A stretch of DNA of 64,000 bases, taken from contig MU054323.1 in NCBI GenBank assembly GCA_013239625.1, forward strand, positions 15,070,029 through 15,134,028. Reading direction: 5' to 3'. Below the pieces are notes generated by a model, which made no database searches, had not been told where the DNA came from, and worked only from the letters and a program-made list of their open reading frames with translations. Positions within the stretch are counted from its first letter, which is position 1, and each line of letters begins with the position of its first letter. Shown here piece by piece: positions 26,030 through 39,670 of this stretch. This stretch comes from Lama guanicoe (taxonomy: Eukaryota). A program made the position numbers and the translations under genes.

Positions 26030-27400
26030 GTATACTAGTGTATATAGTATTTTGAAGAGTTACAAAAGTAATAACAAAACCAAACCTATGAACCTACCAC
26101 TCAAATTCTGAAACTATCCCATTAACATTAGCTTTGAGGACCCCTGTGTGCCCTTCCTGATTTTATCATCCTCCCCTTCCCTTAGGTGGGTTTAACTACA
26201 ACTCTAATTTTTTGTGTTATATTTAGTTATTCTTTCGCTTTTCTTTCTAGTTTTTGTGTTATACATGAACCCACATATGTAATTTTTTCTGATTTCTGAA
26301 TGGCATATTTACTCTACGTGGTCTGTGATTTTCTTTTTCTACTAAAAACTAATTTTGAGATTTGCACGTGCCAATGCATATATCTATAATTTCATTTGCT
26401 TTAATACCTCAACATGTGAATACACTAGAATATAATTACCCGTCTTACTGCTGAGGAACACTTGGACTGCTCACATGTTTTTGCTGTTACAAAACTGCTT
26501 AGGATGATCTTATTCATGTCTTCAAGCACACACGTGTGCAAGTTTCTGTAGGGTATATATACCTGAACGTAGAACTTTTGAGGTTTCTGGATGGAAATAT
26601 TAAAATGTAAAAGATAATTTCAAATTGTTTTCCAAAGAGCCTGTTCCAATCTACACTCCAAAATGCAGCTCATTAGAGTTACCATTGCTCAATATGCTTA
26701 TCAATATTTAGTACTAACAGGCTTATAAATTATAGCCATTCTGGTGGGTGAAATGTTGTTTCATTATGCTTAATTTGCCTTTTCCTGATTACAAATGAGG
26801 TTGAGCATATTTTCATGTTTGTGAGCCATGCATTTTTCTGCTACTGCAAAATGTGTCCACATACCTATTGCTCATTTTTTTCTATTATGTTGCCTTCCTC
26901 TTGTTGATTTATAGGCATTTTTATATAGTATGAATACTAATCATCTCTTTATTATGATGTTTATCAAATAGCTTCTCCCACTTTGTGGCTTTTCTTATTC
27001 CTTTCTTAATGGTTGCTTTTAAAGAACAGAAGTAATTAATTTGAATGCAATAAAATTTCTGTTTTCACTCAGCTCTTTTGTAGTAAGAGATACTGATTTC
27101 TTCCTTTAAAATCCTTTTATACCCCCAAGAGTGTAAGTTCTTTCTTTCCTATTCTTTTCCAAAATTTTTTATAATTTTACCTTTCATATTTAAGTCCTTC
27201 TTCCAACTGGATTTGAGTTTTGTGTATGATATGAAGTAGAGATCAATTTTCATTTTTCCTTATGGACATTTTCCCAGCATCATTTACCAAGTGGTCCTTC
27301 CTTTACTTCTCTGTTCTGCAACACCAACTTCTTTAATTATCATATTTCCATACATGAGCATGAGCCAATTTTTAAGCCCAATATTCTGTTTCTTCTATTT
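26030..27400 (-). mobile_element. L1ME-type 3' region
   Basis: 'caaattgttttccaaagagcctgttccaatctacactcc...gccattctggtgggtgaaatg...ttttcccagcatcatttacc' is antisense L1 ORF2/3' UTR. Confidence 0.8.
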
Positions 27401-28017
27401 AAGCAACTGGATCACCTTTTTGGGGCTCTGCTATAAGTATAGTTACACTCCTAAAAAGATTTTTTAAGTCCCTTTGACTGTTTAGAATTTCTGGCTTTAA
27501 ACCCCCATTTTGTATTCACAGAAGAGAGAATTTGATGGGCCCAGGTCAACTGAATACCAGCTCCAAGCTTCGTCATCTGTTGTAGGGATCAGGGTCTTCA
27601 CACAACGCAAATAGGCCAGTAGGGGTCCACCTCCATCTCCAGAGAAGGTAAAACTATTGAGAGAAAGGGAGCTGGCTCAGTGCCTACTTCTCTGAGCAAC
27701 TGTCAGAAGTTTGATAGTGTAGCCATATGAAAGTATAAAAGAGTATGACAAAATTCTTTTCAGAAACTGCTCATCAAAGAGCCCCCAAATAATTATGTCA
27801 ATGAAATATCCTTTGCTTCCAACAAGACAAAGATTTATTCAAATGATCAGAGGATGCACTGGAAGGAGCATGCATGAATTGATGGCTGAAACTTAGTTCT
27901 ATACTTTTCTAGATGGAAATTTAGCAGTATCTGTCAAACACTTTAAAAAGACATATACTCTATAATTGAAAATGTCTAAGATATTATCTTATGAGAATAA
28001 TCAGATTTATGAAAAGA

Positions 28018-28285
28018 TGTCTTAGGTCAAGTTCTTAATCAGTAGACCACAGGACAAGGATTTATTGCAAGTGAATTATTAAGGAAATGCTCTTAAGGGA
28101 AAGTGATCAGTAAGTAGAAGAAGCAGGAGCAGGAAAAGAGAGGAAGCAAAGCAAGGGAGCAATTGCAGGTAAAGCTTCAGCTAATCCCTCAGGGAAACTC
28201 TGGAGGGGGCGTCACGTCTCAGAGTTGTTCCACCAAAGTTCCTGTGCAGTCACATCCAGACACCTGCCAGTCATTGTTCAGTTCT
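28018..28285 (-). mobile_element. ERVL LTR (LTR16-like) inserted in a + strand L1ME remnant (about 27880-28620)
   Basis: 'tgtcttaggtcaagttc...ggacaaggatttattgcaagtgaattattaaggaaatgctct' is the antisense LTR16-type 3' end. Confidence 0.6.
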
Positions 28286-28920
28286 GAATTTTTCAGGCAC
28301 TTGTTTCAACAGGTGTATTATTCAGAGTTAATTATATAGCAAAGCAAAACAAAATTAAACTGAAACAACTTATTTATTTCAATGTAAAAAGTGATAAAAA
28401 ATAACAAAAAATAAAATGATCATTACATAGCTAATTCTTAAAAAATTATTTAATAAAACGTTAAATGCTCATAATACACTTCAAACATGATAATGTAAAA
28501 CTAGATATATTTAGTTTGAGACAAATTATGTTATAAATAGGTGGATTCAGAGAGATAGATCGAAATAGATTTGTAGAAATGAGTATATTTTCTACCTTAT
28601 ACTCTGTATTTTCACAATATTTACTATTATAAGTGCATGCTACATTTTTGGAGACAGAAAGAGTGAAAGTAAGTGAGAAAGCAAGCGAAGAAAGATCCTG
28701 CATTAAGAAGTATGAGTGTAAATATGCAAATTGCATCAAGCTCAGTGCCAAGTCCCTCTTGGGCTACTGTCAGTTGGGACCTATTTGGGAAGTGCTTCTC
28801 CCATCTCACCCCCTTTTTGTCTAATCAGCCTCTAGATACTTGTTCCCTGTTTCACAAGACAGTGCTTATACTATAAGCCTGTCGCATCCTAATGATTCTA
28901 AATGCTGTGGCTGTATGTTT

Positions 28921-28925
<5 letters not shown>

Positions 28926-28951
<26 letters not shown>
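28926..28951 (+). repeat. (TG)13 microsatellite
   Basis: Read directly. Confidence 0.95.
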
Positions 28952-28952
<1 letters not shown>

Positions 28953-29983
28953 TTGAGTCTGCATGCCTTCATTTCCACAAAATAACTCAACCAAAGTGTC
29001 TTGTGTGGTACAATGGAAACTGTGAGTGAGAAAATTAATTGTAAGTTTAGAAGCTCTGAGTGAGCCTCAGGGGGAAGAACTGAGCTGCCTGGAGTAACAG
29101 CCAGCCCAGGAAGGACACCTGAGCTGCCAGCCCTGCTGTGGATGGTGTTTCACAGCTGCTGGTGCACACCAGGAGAAACACTGGGGAGGCCACTGGGACA
29201 GCACCGTGCACGAGCCAGTGCCCATCCCCGCGGTCAGGGCAACTCTTTCAACAGGCTATACGTTTGCTCCTGATAATCCAAATCATTTCAAGTAAAAGCA
29301 TTACATAAAGGCCAAACCCATTCTGAATGATCAAAATCTTCAAATTAATTGGTTTCAAAAACTTCCTCGAACTGACAAATGCCCTTTCACATTTGGATGT
29401 CTCAGAATCGGCCCAATGAATTTTTGTGTAACTTCACTATATGTGGCTGAAATGGAGATGAAGCATGAGGATTCAGCAAATGGGAGTTTAAAAAATATAT
29501 ATGAGGAAGAGAAAATAGGAGTTTTAAATGGAAATGACTTTTTCAACCTTAAAAATAGGATTGGCACTTTCACATTACTGTACGATCCATTTAACATCCG
29601 TGGGTAACATAAAAGAAGTTTATCATCTGTGGCTTATATCTATTTCAAGCAGCGTTTTTCTGATCTCTTTCTTAAAAATAAGTTCTAGATTGTACCAGAA
29701 TATGCAATAACATAACATGCACACAAGACCACATCATATTACTTACAATAGGGTGCATTTTACTATATTAATAGTCCTTCAGTAAAGCAGCATCTGAAAG
29801 TTCATGTGCAACTGTAAGTTAGTATTAAATATCACATTTTTATTTTATTGACCCTAACAAAAAATATTATTATTCACTTTAAAGTTACTTAAAGATTATT
29901 ATCCTAAAGGTGTGTAGCAAGAGCACTATCCTAGCTATTTGTTGGAAATTTGCTTAGAAAGCCAAAAATCTACTGTTTATCAG

Positions 29984-30377
29984 TGTTGTCAGTTTTCTAG
30001 GACTGCCATAACAAAATACCATAGACCTGGAGCCATAAACAACAGAAATGTATTTCTTACAATGCTGGAGGCTAGAAGCCTGAGATCAAGGTGTCAACAC
30101 GGTTGATTTTTCCTAAGGCCTCTCTCCCTGGCTTGAGGATGGCTGTCTTCCCCCTGTGTCTTCATGTGGTCTTCCCTTTAATAACGTCTGTATCCAAATT
30201 TCCTCTTCCAATAAAGATACCAGTCATATTAGATTAGGGTTTCTTCTAACAGCATCATTTTAATTTAGTTACCTATTTAAAGACCCTGTATCCAAATACA
30301 GTCAACTTTGTGGTGTACTGGGGTTAGGACCTCAACACATGATTTGAGGTGGGAAAAGACACAGTTCAGTGTGTACA
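29984..30377 (-). mobile_element. MLT1A0-like MaLR solo LTR
   Basis: TG...CA termini, 'gactgccataacaaaataccatagac...aacaacagaaatgtatttc...ctggaggctagaagcctgagatcaaggtg'; TSD atcag/atcac. Confidence 0.9.
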
Positions 30378-31369
30378 ATCACTTATTAGCACATGACATT
30401 TTCTCAAGGAAAAGTAAGTAGATCTGTTCTTGACTTGCAGTTGTTGACAATGAAAGAGTTAAATCATAGGACCTTAATTGATTAGTAGGTCAGAACCAGA
30501 GTGGTCCCTCTAAAGACTCATAAGAAAGACAAACTCTCAACCCACCTATTTGCCTATGTCTTTTAAACAGCAACCAGCACCCCACCTCTGAGGATATGCC
30601 TTTGCAGTAGAGCTGGCCAAGTATGAGGAAGGCATGGTTTTGGCCATTGGAACTAAGGCAGCCTACACAGAGATAAAAACCAAGACATTGTCTTCTTCAG
30701 CCACCCCTAACCATCACTAGGAACCAAGATAAATAATTGTTACCAGGGGGAAGAATTTACTGATAAATGTTACCTTGTTTCTCTAAGGCAGTTGAAATTC
30801 CATGCAAGTTTTAAGTTTATGCAAGTTTACTGATATGCTTATTTATCCTTAAAAAAGAAAAACTTGTTTTATTTCTGGTTTTTAAATTTTTATGCAATAT
30901 TCTCCTTCTGTGAAATAAACTCTATTCTTCTTTCATGTTATCAAATTCTACTTATTTTCTAAGCCCTTCCTCCAACCTCATTTCTGGTGAAATTTCTTCA
31001 AATATTTTAGCTTGGATTTCTCTCTCCTCATCTCTTCACTTACAGGCAGTGCTACATAATTTATTGCTGAATGGCTTTTGTTTAATTCATACCTTACAAG
31101 TTGTCTTGCTCCCAGCCAGACAATAAAATTAGAGAGGGTAAAAACTAGTTTCTAGTCCTCTTTCTACAGAAACCATTACAGTTGAGAGACTATAGCACAC
31201 ATTGACTAGTAGACTGGAATATATCCCTCATTACCTGTGTATACAGGATACCATCTTAATTTGTTTCTATTATATAAACAATAATTTATGGCCCAGTAGA
31301 ATAAATACCCAGTGAAATGAGCAATTACAATTTGTTTGATAAGTACTTTTAGGGTGAAGCATGGGCATA

Positions 31370-32605
31370 ATTACAGAGAAAATATGGAACCACTGAAGGG
31401 TTTTATCCATGAGAGAGATGTGATTAGGTAACATTTTAAAAAATCGCTGTGGGCACTGTGGTGGAAGTAGAGAAGCTACAGCAATAGCCAGGCTAGACTT
31501 TTTGGTGGCCTGGACTTGGCTAATGGCAGTGAGAAAGGAAAGAGGCAAAGAGATTAAATAAACATTGAAGGGGTACAATCAATAGGCCCAGCTGTGGAAC
31601 ATAAGAAAAGGAATCTTGGATGGCATGTAATTTTTAGGCTTGAACAGCTGAGTGGAGGAACATAACATTTCCAAAATCAGGAAGAGTTATGGGGAGGAAG
31701 ATAATGATTTCACATTTGATCACATTGAGCCTGAATTACTGCATGTCCTAGTAGAAACACTGAGAAAAAAATATAATCTGAATCTCAAGAGGGAAATTGA
31801 GATGGAGATAAATATTTAGAGATCACTTGCATACAAATATTAACTGTAATTAAAATCATGGAAGTAAATAGACTTGCCCCTATAGAGAGGGCATGGTGAA
31901 AAGAGAAAAGGACCCCAAGAAGGTCAAAATTTAAAGTTTGAAAAGAGTAGAGCTTCTAAAGTAGACTGAAATGAGGGACCATAGACACAAGGAAAATCAG
32001 AGGTGTAGAGCATTTAGGAAGACGTAAGAAGAGAGAATTTAAAGAAGCAGATAGTGGCATACAATGCTAAATGTTCCCAAATGATCAAACAAGAACAAAG
32101 CTGAAATATATGTGTTGAATTTAGAAATATAGTTCATTAGTGACTCTGTTAGTCAGTTTAGGTGGTTATAACAAATTAGCAAAGACTGACACAACAAACA
32201 TTTACTTCTGACAGTTCTGGAGGCTGGGAAGTCTAAGATCAGGGTGCAGGCATGGTTGGAGTCTGGTGCTGGCCCTCTTCCTGGTTTGCAGATGACCATC
32301 TTCATGCTTCTTCATATGGAGAAGATGAGAGAGAGAAAAACTCTCTCGTGTCTTTTCTTGTAAAGGCACTAACCCCATTCATGAGGGTTGCCACCTTGTG
32401 ACCCAATTACCTCCCAGAGTTCCTATCTCCTAACACCACGACGTTGAGGGTTAGGATTTGAGTGTATAAATCTGGAGCAACACAGGCATTGAGTCTGTAG
32501 CAGTGACCTAAATGACTGTGATGCTGTGGTGGAAACAGCTAAGTCACACTTGGAGGAGTGAATGGAAGGTGAAAAAGTGGACACTCAGATGGAGATTACT
32601 TTCAA
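31370..32605 (-). mobile_element. L2 LINE remnant split by a MaLR LTR
   Basis: 'ggaaccactgaagggtttt...ggcttgaacagctgagtgga...gatggagataaatatttagagatcac...ggagtgaatggaaggtgaaaaagtgga' is antisense L2. Confidence 0.75.
32145..32502 (-). mobile_element. MSTD/MLT1A-like MaLR solo LTR
   Basis: 'acagttctggaggctgggaagtctaagatcagggtg...aaggcactaaccccattcatgagggt'; perfect 5-bp TSD GTGAC at 32140-32144 and 32503-32507. Confidence 0.9.
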
Positions 32606-35284
32606 TTGATGTGTCTATACTTTTTCTAGCACCTGGCTTGTGAACTCTAATACAGAGTTAGTTGTTTCTCTAAGACAGTGTAAGTCCCAATCTAAGGTTA
32701 AAATTAATGCAGATTTACTATTATTTTTAATTATCAAAAATGGCTACAAAAATAATTTTCAGAATCTTTAGAATGGGTGACTAGGACCTCTTTGATTTGC
32801 CCCTGATGTGGCTGAATTCCTCCATCTTCAGTTATTCTCCCCAATATCTCATAATATTTCATCTGTTTGCCCTAAAGTACCAGAGTGTTTCATGCCTCCC
32901 TGCTTTTATACACAGCACTTACCTCTGTATGTACTTCATCGCCCTTCATACCTTCTCCACTAGGCAAACTCCTCCACATCCTTTTATGATCCATTCAAGT
33001 CACCTTCTCTGCAAAGCCTCCTCTGACATCGTTCCCTTCCAGTGTAGGGGAGATGCCTCTGCTACTGACACCATGCTTTATGTCTGTCTCTATTATGGCA
33101 ACCATATAATCCAAATCCAAACACCCTGAGGATTTCATTAAATGACCTCACTATGTTTTCTTTCAAAAGAGACAAATTTCTCTGAAAATCATACTTAGCA
33201 AATCCTTATATCATCATAATCATCATGGTATCTATGCGAGATAAAAACCACTGGGATCCTATATCTTCCATAGCAAAGAGAGGTCTCCAAAAGACATTTT
33301 ATGTTACAACATCTAAAAACAATTTTTAGATTATTTCTAATATTGAGCAGAGAAGACTTACAGTGCCATCAGTATTTGAAATGAACTGTAGAATAGAAAT
33401 TGTTCTCTCTGTCAATGTAATCAGCTGCTTAAGAGTTTTTCTCATGTCTTACAAATGCTATCAGCTTTCAAGAACTAGTGATTATTACCCCTAGATGAAA
33501 TTTAGAAGCATTAGGAGCTAGCATGTTGGAAATGGAGCTGAGAAATAAAGAATCCCTATAGGAAAGAAGGGTTTGGAACATAGTGAGAATGATTTCTCTG
33601 TTATTCAAAGAAAGAAACATTAAAAATAATAATAATCTTCCCAACTATCAACTTTCGTTGGATGGAAGATAAAAGTAAAAATAAATAAGATGAACTGTAT
33701 AATCCCCAAATTCAGCCAAGCATAATATTGACAAAGTAAAATGAGAGGGTATGTGGATAAAAAATATATTGTCAATAAAAATGTATGAAAGGGAAATTGT
33801 CCTGAATAAATTACAAATACTAGTCAGTTATCAGAATTACAGAGTGAATTATGCAAAATATAATAGCTCTGGAGAACAATGTGATCAAGTTTGTTAAAAT
33901 TTATTAAAACCTATTTTGCAGCTTGTTATGGAATAGAAAAAAATGATTAAACATGTAGAACCGTCTTAAATGCAATGTTCAAAGCATTAAGTCTAGAGAG
34001 ATTTATATTCCTTTTTTTAAATAAATTGAACACAGAACCTTAGATTCAGAGACTAAGAAGAAGAACTGAGTAAACAATGCATCAGATTTAGTTAATAATT
34101 GTTCTGTTTTATCTCTGAACTGAAACCCTGCTCAGACGTGGAGGCAAATTGCTTTAGAGATGATGAGAAACGAAATCAAGCTAGTAATACGGAATTGGAC
34201 CGAACACAGGCTATGATGTCAAAAGGACTTTTTCTTCAGAATCAATAGGTGATGAAAGACTTATAAAAATCATCCAGAGATTTATTTGATCAAAACCATA
34301 TGCTTCCTAACCAAGACAGCTTTAGAGTAAAACCAGTCAAATTTTGTATGGTCAGTGCTCAAAGCGTGCCTTTTTCAGAGACACACAAACAGAAGTAATT
34401 GCCCTTCAGTTTCCAAAATGTAGCATGTTAATATTATTTCTTGAAAGTTTGACTTGGTGATACATTCACATTGTTCAAAGTGAAAGTTATGTAGTGGAAA
34501 GTCTTCCCATCACCCCTGCCTCTCACCCAGGTACAGTGATTCAGTGTCCTGTGTATCTTCTGAGAGTTTCAAATGAAAGTATCCTTTCAGAGTATTCAAA
34601 TAATAGTGAATATGAATTTACTTTCTTGTTTTCTGCCTTTTTACAAACCAAAAATTATAATTTTTCCTGTTCCCCCCTTTGCTCTCATCAATAAACACAT
34701 AGCTTGGGAATCTTTTTATGTCAACAGCATTTTCATATATGTATGAATAGATCTGGGGGAAAAAAGTTAATCTCTTAGGAGTCTTCTAATTTCTACTGTT
34801 TCTCATCATACTTTAACTTTATTTCCTGTGTTCTATATTTCTGCTTTCTCTCCTTATTCTTGATAAAGTTAGATTGTAGTTTGATGATTTATTGAAATAA
34901 CACCAATAAGCACATAGGTTGTACATAAATATATATGTATATACACATAAGTGTGGGTGTTGTGTGTATTATTATATACGATTTGGATGGGAACTGAACT
35001 ATAAATTAATTTAAAACACTGACTTCTTTATAATTTTAGTTTTCCCATCTAAGAACAAACATCTGATCCTTAATTTGCCAAGTCTTCTGTTTTGTCACTT
35101 AGTAAAGTTTTTTTCATATTTGTTCCTCACTTTTCATAATAAAAATTTCAAGTTCTTTTGAAATAGTTGAATAAAGTATAAAAGTTGGATGAATATTTTT
35201 TATATTCACAATGATTCAAAACATATTTGTCTTTTTCCTTCTTTGTTTTTGCAAAACTCAGCTGTTGAGGGAAAGTTTTGAAGT

Positions 35285-35480
35285 CTGGCAGGTTGTCTTT
35301 AGAGCTATGCTTCACCATTTGCTAGCTGTATCTCTTGGGGACAGTTATTTAATCTCTTTGAGCTCCATTTTCCTTGTCTGTAATAAGAGAACCATTATAA
35401 TAATAGTAACTAAATCACACTTAACTGAGTAATAGATTTAATAGGCGAGTAATATTGCTCAGTATACAATGTGGATAATG
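35285..35480 (+). mobile_element. MIR SINE
   Basis: 'ccatttgctagctgtatctcttggggacagttatttaatctctttgagctccattttccttgtctgtaa' matches the MIR core. Confidence 0.8.
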
Positions 35481-35639
35481 ATGATGATAAGTCATGTATT
35501 AGAACAGTGAGGTGGTTTGATAACCATGGCAAGGAATGTGCAAGGCGGGGTGAGTGTGTGTTTGTGTTTGTTTCAATAAACAACTGCTTAAGCAAATTTA
35601 ATTTACTTCCTTTTACTTGTCATAAAACTTGCTTATGAT

Positions 35640-36680
35640 CAGTTATCCTGTTGCTCAGGCCAAAGACAAAGCATCCCTGGTTCATCTTTTTCACATACCC
35701 CACAATTTACCAGCAAGGCCTGTGGTTCTTCTTTTGAAACATAACCCAACTCAGACCTTGGTGCACCATCCCCACTGCTAATGCCCAATTCCAAACCACC
35801 ATCCTGGCCATCGTCTGTTTCATTAGCTTCCCAACAAGTGTTCCTGCTTCATCTCTTGCCCTTGCATAATTTGTTCATATAGCAGCCAAGTGGTCTCTTT
35901 AAACTTAAATTAGGCCTCATCATTCCTCACCCAGAACTTTTTGATGGCTTTCTATCAAGTGAAATCCAAATTATTTACAATGGCCTAAAGGACCTCTATG
36001 ATAGGACTTCTGCCTCTGTCTCCAACACAGCCAGCTATTCACTTCCTCCCTCAATCCAACCCAACCACGTTGGTTTTCCTGCTGTTTCTTGTACAGCCTT
36101 GCTAATTCCTACCACAAGACTTGGCACTTTGCTGTTTCTTTTATCTTGAAAGCCATCCCTCTGAATCTAATGTGCAGACAGTTTCCTCACTATTTTCAGG
36201 CCTTGGCTTAAATGTAAGGTTGCCAGATTAGAAAATAAAAATGCAAGATTTCCTGTTAAATTTGTGTTTCAGATAAACAATGAATTTTATACTTTAATTA
36301 CATCCCAAATACTGTATTGGACATATTTATACTAAAAAGCGTTTTGTTATTTATCTGAAATCCAAATGTAATTGGTCATCCTGTATTTGATCTGCCAACC
36401 TTACTGTTACCTCCCCAGAGAGGTCTTCCTGTTACTCATGTCAAATAGAACCCTTTCTTCTTCCGTTGCTTGCTTTCTTCCTTCCCTACTTTGCTTTTCA
36501 TCATAGCATTTATCACTCCCTGAAATATTTTTTAATTGTCTGTGTTTATGAAAAAAATCTTTCTATTTAAAAATATAGATTTCATGAGGACAAAATATTT
36601 CTCTCTTCTTAAGCCCTATTCCTAATGCCCAACATATAATTGATGGTAAAATATATGTATTGAATGGTTGAATGAAAGAC
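35640..36680 (+). mobile_element. L2a 3' region, interrupted by MER53
   Basis: 'gttgctcaggccaaagac...ccaccatcc...cagccaagtggtctctttaaac...catagcatttatcactccctg...tgtattgaatggttgaatgaa' follows the L2 3' end including its tail. Confidence 0.85.
36215..36403. mobile_element. MER53 palindromic hAT MITE, full length
   Basis: 14-bp TIRs taaggttgccagat / atctgccaacctta (1 mismatch) and internal inverted arms 'tttcagataaacaa' / 'ttatttatctgaaa'. Confidence 0.92.
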
Positions 36681-37824
36681 ACACAGTTAAGTTAAAATGA
36701 ACATGGAATGTTTCTTTCTTATATTTTTTAAAACATAAAGTATTCCTGGAGAAAAATACAAAGCAATTTCCATCATACAGTCAGACAATTTGAAAATCGA
36801 CATGAAACTCTTCTCTTCCTCAAGATGCCTTCTCAGAAAAACCACACCAAGAGGTTATTTTTCCACTATATGTTATCCTTATGCAACATCCAGACTCAGT
36901 CAGGACTCTTAGATGATTGAAAAAAATTAAAATCTAAAGCAGAACATTAACTTGTAAATGTAAGAGAAAATTAGAGCTTGGCATTTAACTTCTATACATG
37001 GGGAAACAGTCTCAGAAATATAAAATGGTTTTCCCAAAACCATGAGGTTAATATAAGTTAACAAATTTGTTTGTATAGCTTACCATCTATTTCCTCCGCA
37101 CTGTGTTATAAGCTCCCTGAAAACAGAAACTTTAACTGTTTGGTTGACTGAGTGCTTACAGCACCTTTAAGAGTGCTTGGTGCACAGTAGGTGCTCAATC
37201 AATGTCTGTAGTTGAAGGATGAGTCAATGAACTGAAATCTAGCTCCTCTGACTTGATCAGTCCAGTGGTCTTCCCATAAGATATGGCATACTGTTTTATT
37301 TAACTATGATGGACATTTACTGAATTAATCAATTCTTTTATTTAAAAAACAAAGAAAAAATTTATTTACTATTTTATAAATAAACACCAAGTTGTCAACA
37401 TTTAATTAAGTCACAATATCCACGTATAAAAAGAGAGCTCTATCTTTAGAAAGTGTTAATTGACTCAAACTTCACAAAATGATACATGAGAAACTTGAAG
37501 CTTTATAAATTTTCTTTAATTTGTACAAGAGTAGATTTACAAGATAGAACATTCTAAATTATCCCTACTAATGAGTGTCTTTGGAACACATCAAATAATA
37601 ACCTGTCTTTGGTGGATTTCAGTGGTCATAAAACTTGTGCTCATTGTCTTGTTAAAAGAACAACTACATTCCAAAAGGATTTGGTGACAGGAGAGGATTT
37701 AATGAAAGAAAAACAAAGCAAATATTATTATCTTCAGAGATAAGCCCTGTGTCTAGAAGTATAAGTCAGAGGATTTCTGAGTGGACTGGAGACATATGAG
37801 TGACAGAGGACCATGGAGAATGTG

Positions 37825-38060
37825 GTCTACCTAAATGCCTATAGGGCCTGAGAGATAAATGAATCAGCAGTACACCATTAGAATACATGTCCCATCTAAA
37901 ATGTATAATCTCTATTGACCAAGGAAAAAAATATGGCCCCAGTATGTTCAAATCTTGCAATTTTTCTAAAGAAGCCAAAAATCACTGATTTTTTTAAAAA
38001 ATGTGAAATCTGTGGTTTTATAAATATCACATAAGCCAAACAAAATTGAAGATCAGACTC
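37825..38060. mobile_element. MER102-like hAT-Charlie fragment
   Basis: 'aaatgcctatagggcc...aatcttgcaattttttctaaagaagccaaaaatcactgattt...tgtgaaatct'. Confidence 0.6.
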
Positions 38061-38129
38061 AATATGAATATCAGAGATAAAATAAACAAACAGGAATAAG
38101 AAGTGGGAAATCACAGAAAATATAAAGAG

Positions 38130-39000
38130 AAAATAATCACTTTTTAAAATCTAACGTAAGTGGAAAGGTAAGAAAATTATTACACCCATAAAAAAGAACA
38201 AGATGCTATTTAAATTTTTTAAACATGAGTTTTGAAATGAAAAATAGTCCGAAAGTATAAAATTAATCATATGGAAAAATTAATTAAATGAATTGAGGAT
38301 AAAGTCGAAATAATCTTTCAGACATAATAAAAGGAAATAGAGAGAAAAATAAAATAATTAGAAAATTATTTAAAGAAGTTTTTCTTCCATATTACAGGAG
38401 TTTCAGGAAAAGATAAATGTGAAAATGGAACAAAAAGATACTGTCAAAAAATAATACAGAATAATTTCCCAAAACTGTTGGAAATGGCTCTTCAGTTTGA
38501 AAGGACCACAGAATGCCCAACAAAATAAATTTTAAAAGATCCACATATCAATGTAAAATTTCAGAAGACAAGGAGTAAAGAGAAGGTCCTAAGATCTTCA
38601 GGTGAACTTCAGTAGCCCTTCACAGAACTTCCATGTCATAAACAGTGAAACAGGTATCAGAGTGATGTCAGAGTTTTCAGCTGTAATCCTAGATCCTAAA
38701 ACGCCTTCAGAGCCTTCAGAACTCTGAGTAAAACTGATTTTCAGCCTATAATTCTAAACCAAGTCAAAATATCATGGTGGTGAGATAGTCATTTTCACAC
38801 AAGGAAAGATTTAGAAATTTACTTTCCATGCTACTTTAAATCAAGAAAGAAGAGTAAATATGATCCAACAAACAGGAGATCCAACAGGATTCCAAGACAT
38901 CAGATGTCCTGGAAAGCAAATCAGTTCCAACTGGAGTGGCAAAGAAAGGTTATGGGAGAACGAGGTCTCAGGTAAAGATGTGAGAAATGAAAAGAGTTTA
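38130..39000 (+). mobile_element. HAL1/L1ME ORF1 remnant
   Basis: 'ataatttcccaaaactg...gaaaggaccacagaatgcccaac...gagaaggtcctaagatcttcagg...gccttcagaactctgagtaaaactgattttcagcctataattcta' is ORF1-like. Confidence 0.7.
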
Positions 39001-39199
39001 GGTTTTATTAAGGTAAGGGTTTTGTTTTGCAAGGCAACTGAGTGAGAGAGAGGAGTGAGAAGAGTTGAAATTTGGGGTCATTTACAAGTTATGATAAGTA
39101 TGAACAATGGAATCTATCAAGGAAGGAAAGAAGTGAAGACCAGAAGTTGTCATAGAAAGCAAAATTTAAAATTTTCTATCTAGAATCCTCAACTGTCTC

Positions 39200-39670
39200 T
39201 CAGAAATTCCAAATTGATTCTCTATTGCCGTTAGCCTATCTGCCTGTGTGCTCTGTAGGTACCTTAAGCAACATTTCCAAGAATGGAAATATTGTCTCCA
39301 TTCTTCTCCTCTTGTAATCCCTTTCAATTAATGGTTTACAATGCAGAATCCCAAAAGTTATAATTCTTATCCTCCAGTCAAAACATACTAAATATTTCCA
39401 AAGTATATTATTTGTTCCTCATCTTCTCGGATAGTTCCTTGGTTAAGATTTTCATCAGTTCTTTACTGATTTCTTGTAATAGCCTCCTACCTTTTCCCGC
39501 CACTCCTAATTTCTCACTCTTTCAGTTTACCTCTACATTAATTTGATTATTCTACAACAAAAACCCTTTAATAGTTTTGTTGTTGTTGTTCCCATAGAAT
39601 AGTGTTCATCATATCTGGCAAAGTATTTGCACAGAATCCCAGTCTATATTTGAAGCTTTATTTCCAGCTG
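39200..39670 (+). mobile_element. L2 fragment
   Basis: 'ctgtaggtaccttaagcaacatttcc...cttgtaatagcctcctac' is L2-like. Confidence 0.55.

Noticed and set aside
27612..27632. Additional CTCF-like motifs (here and at about 48180)
   Set aside because: Mismatches in the GGC core make them weak.
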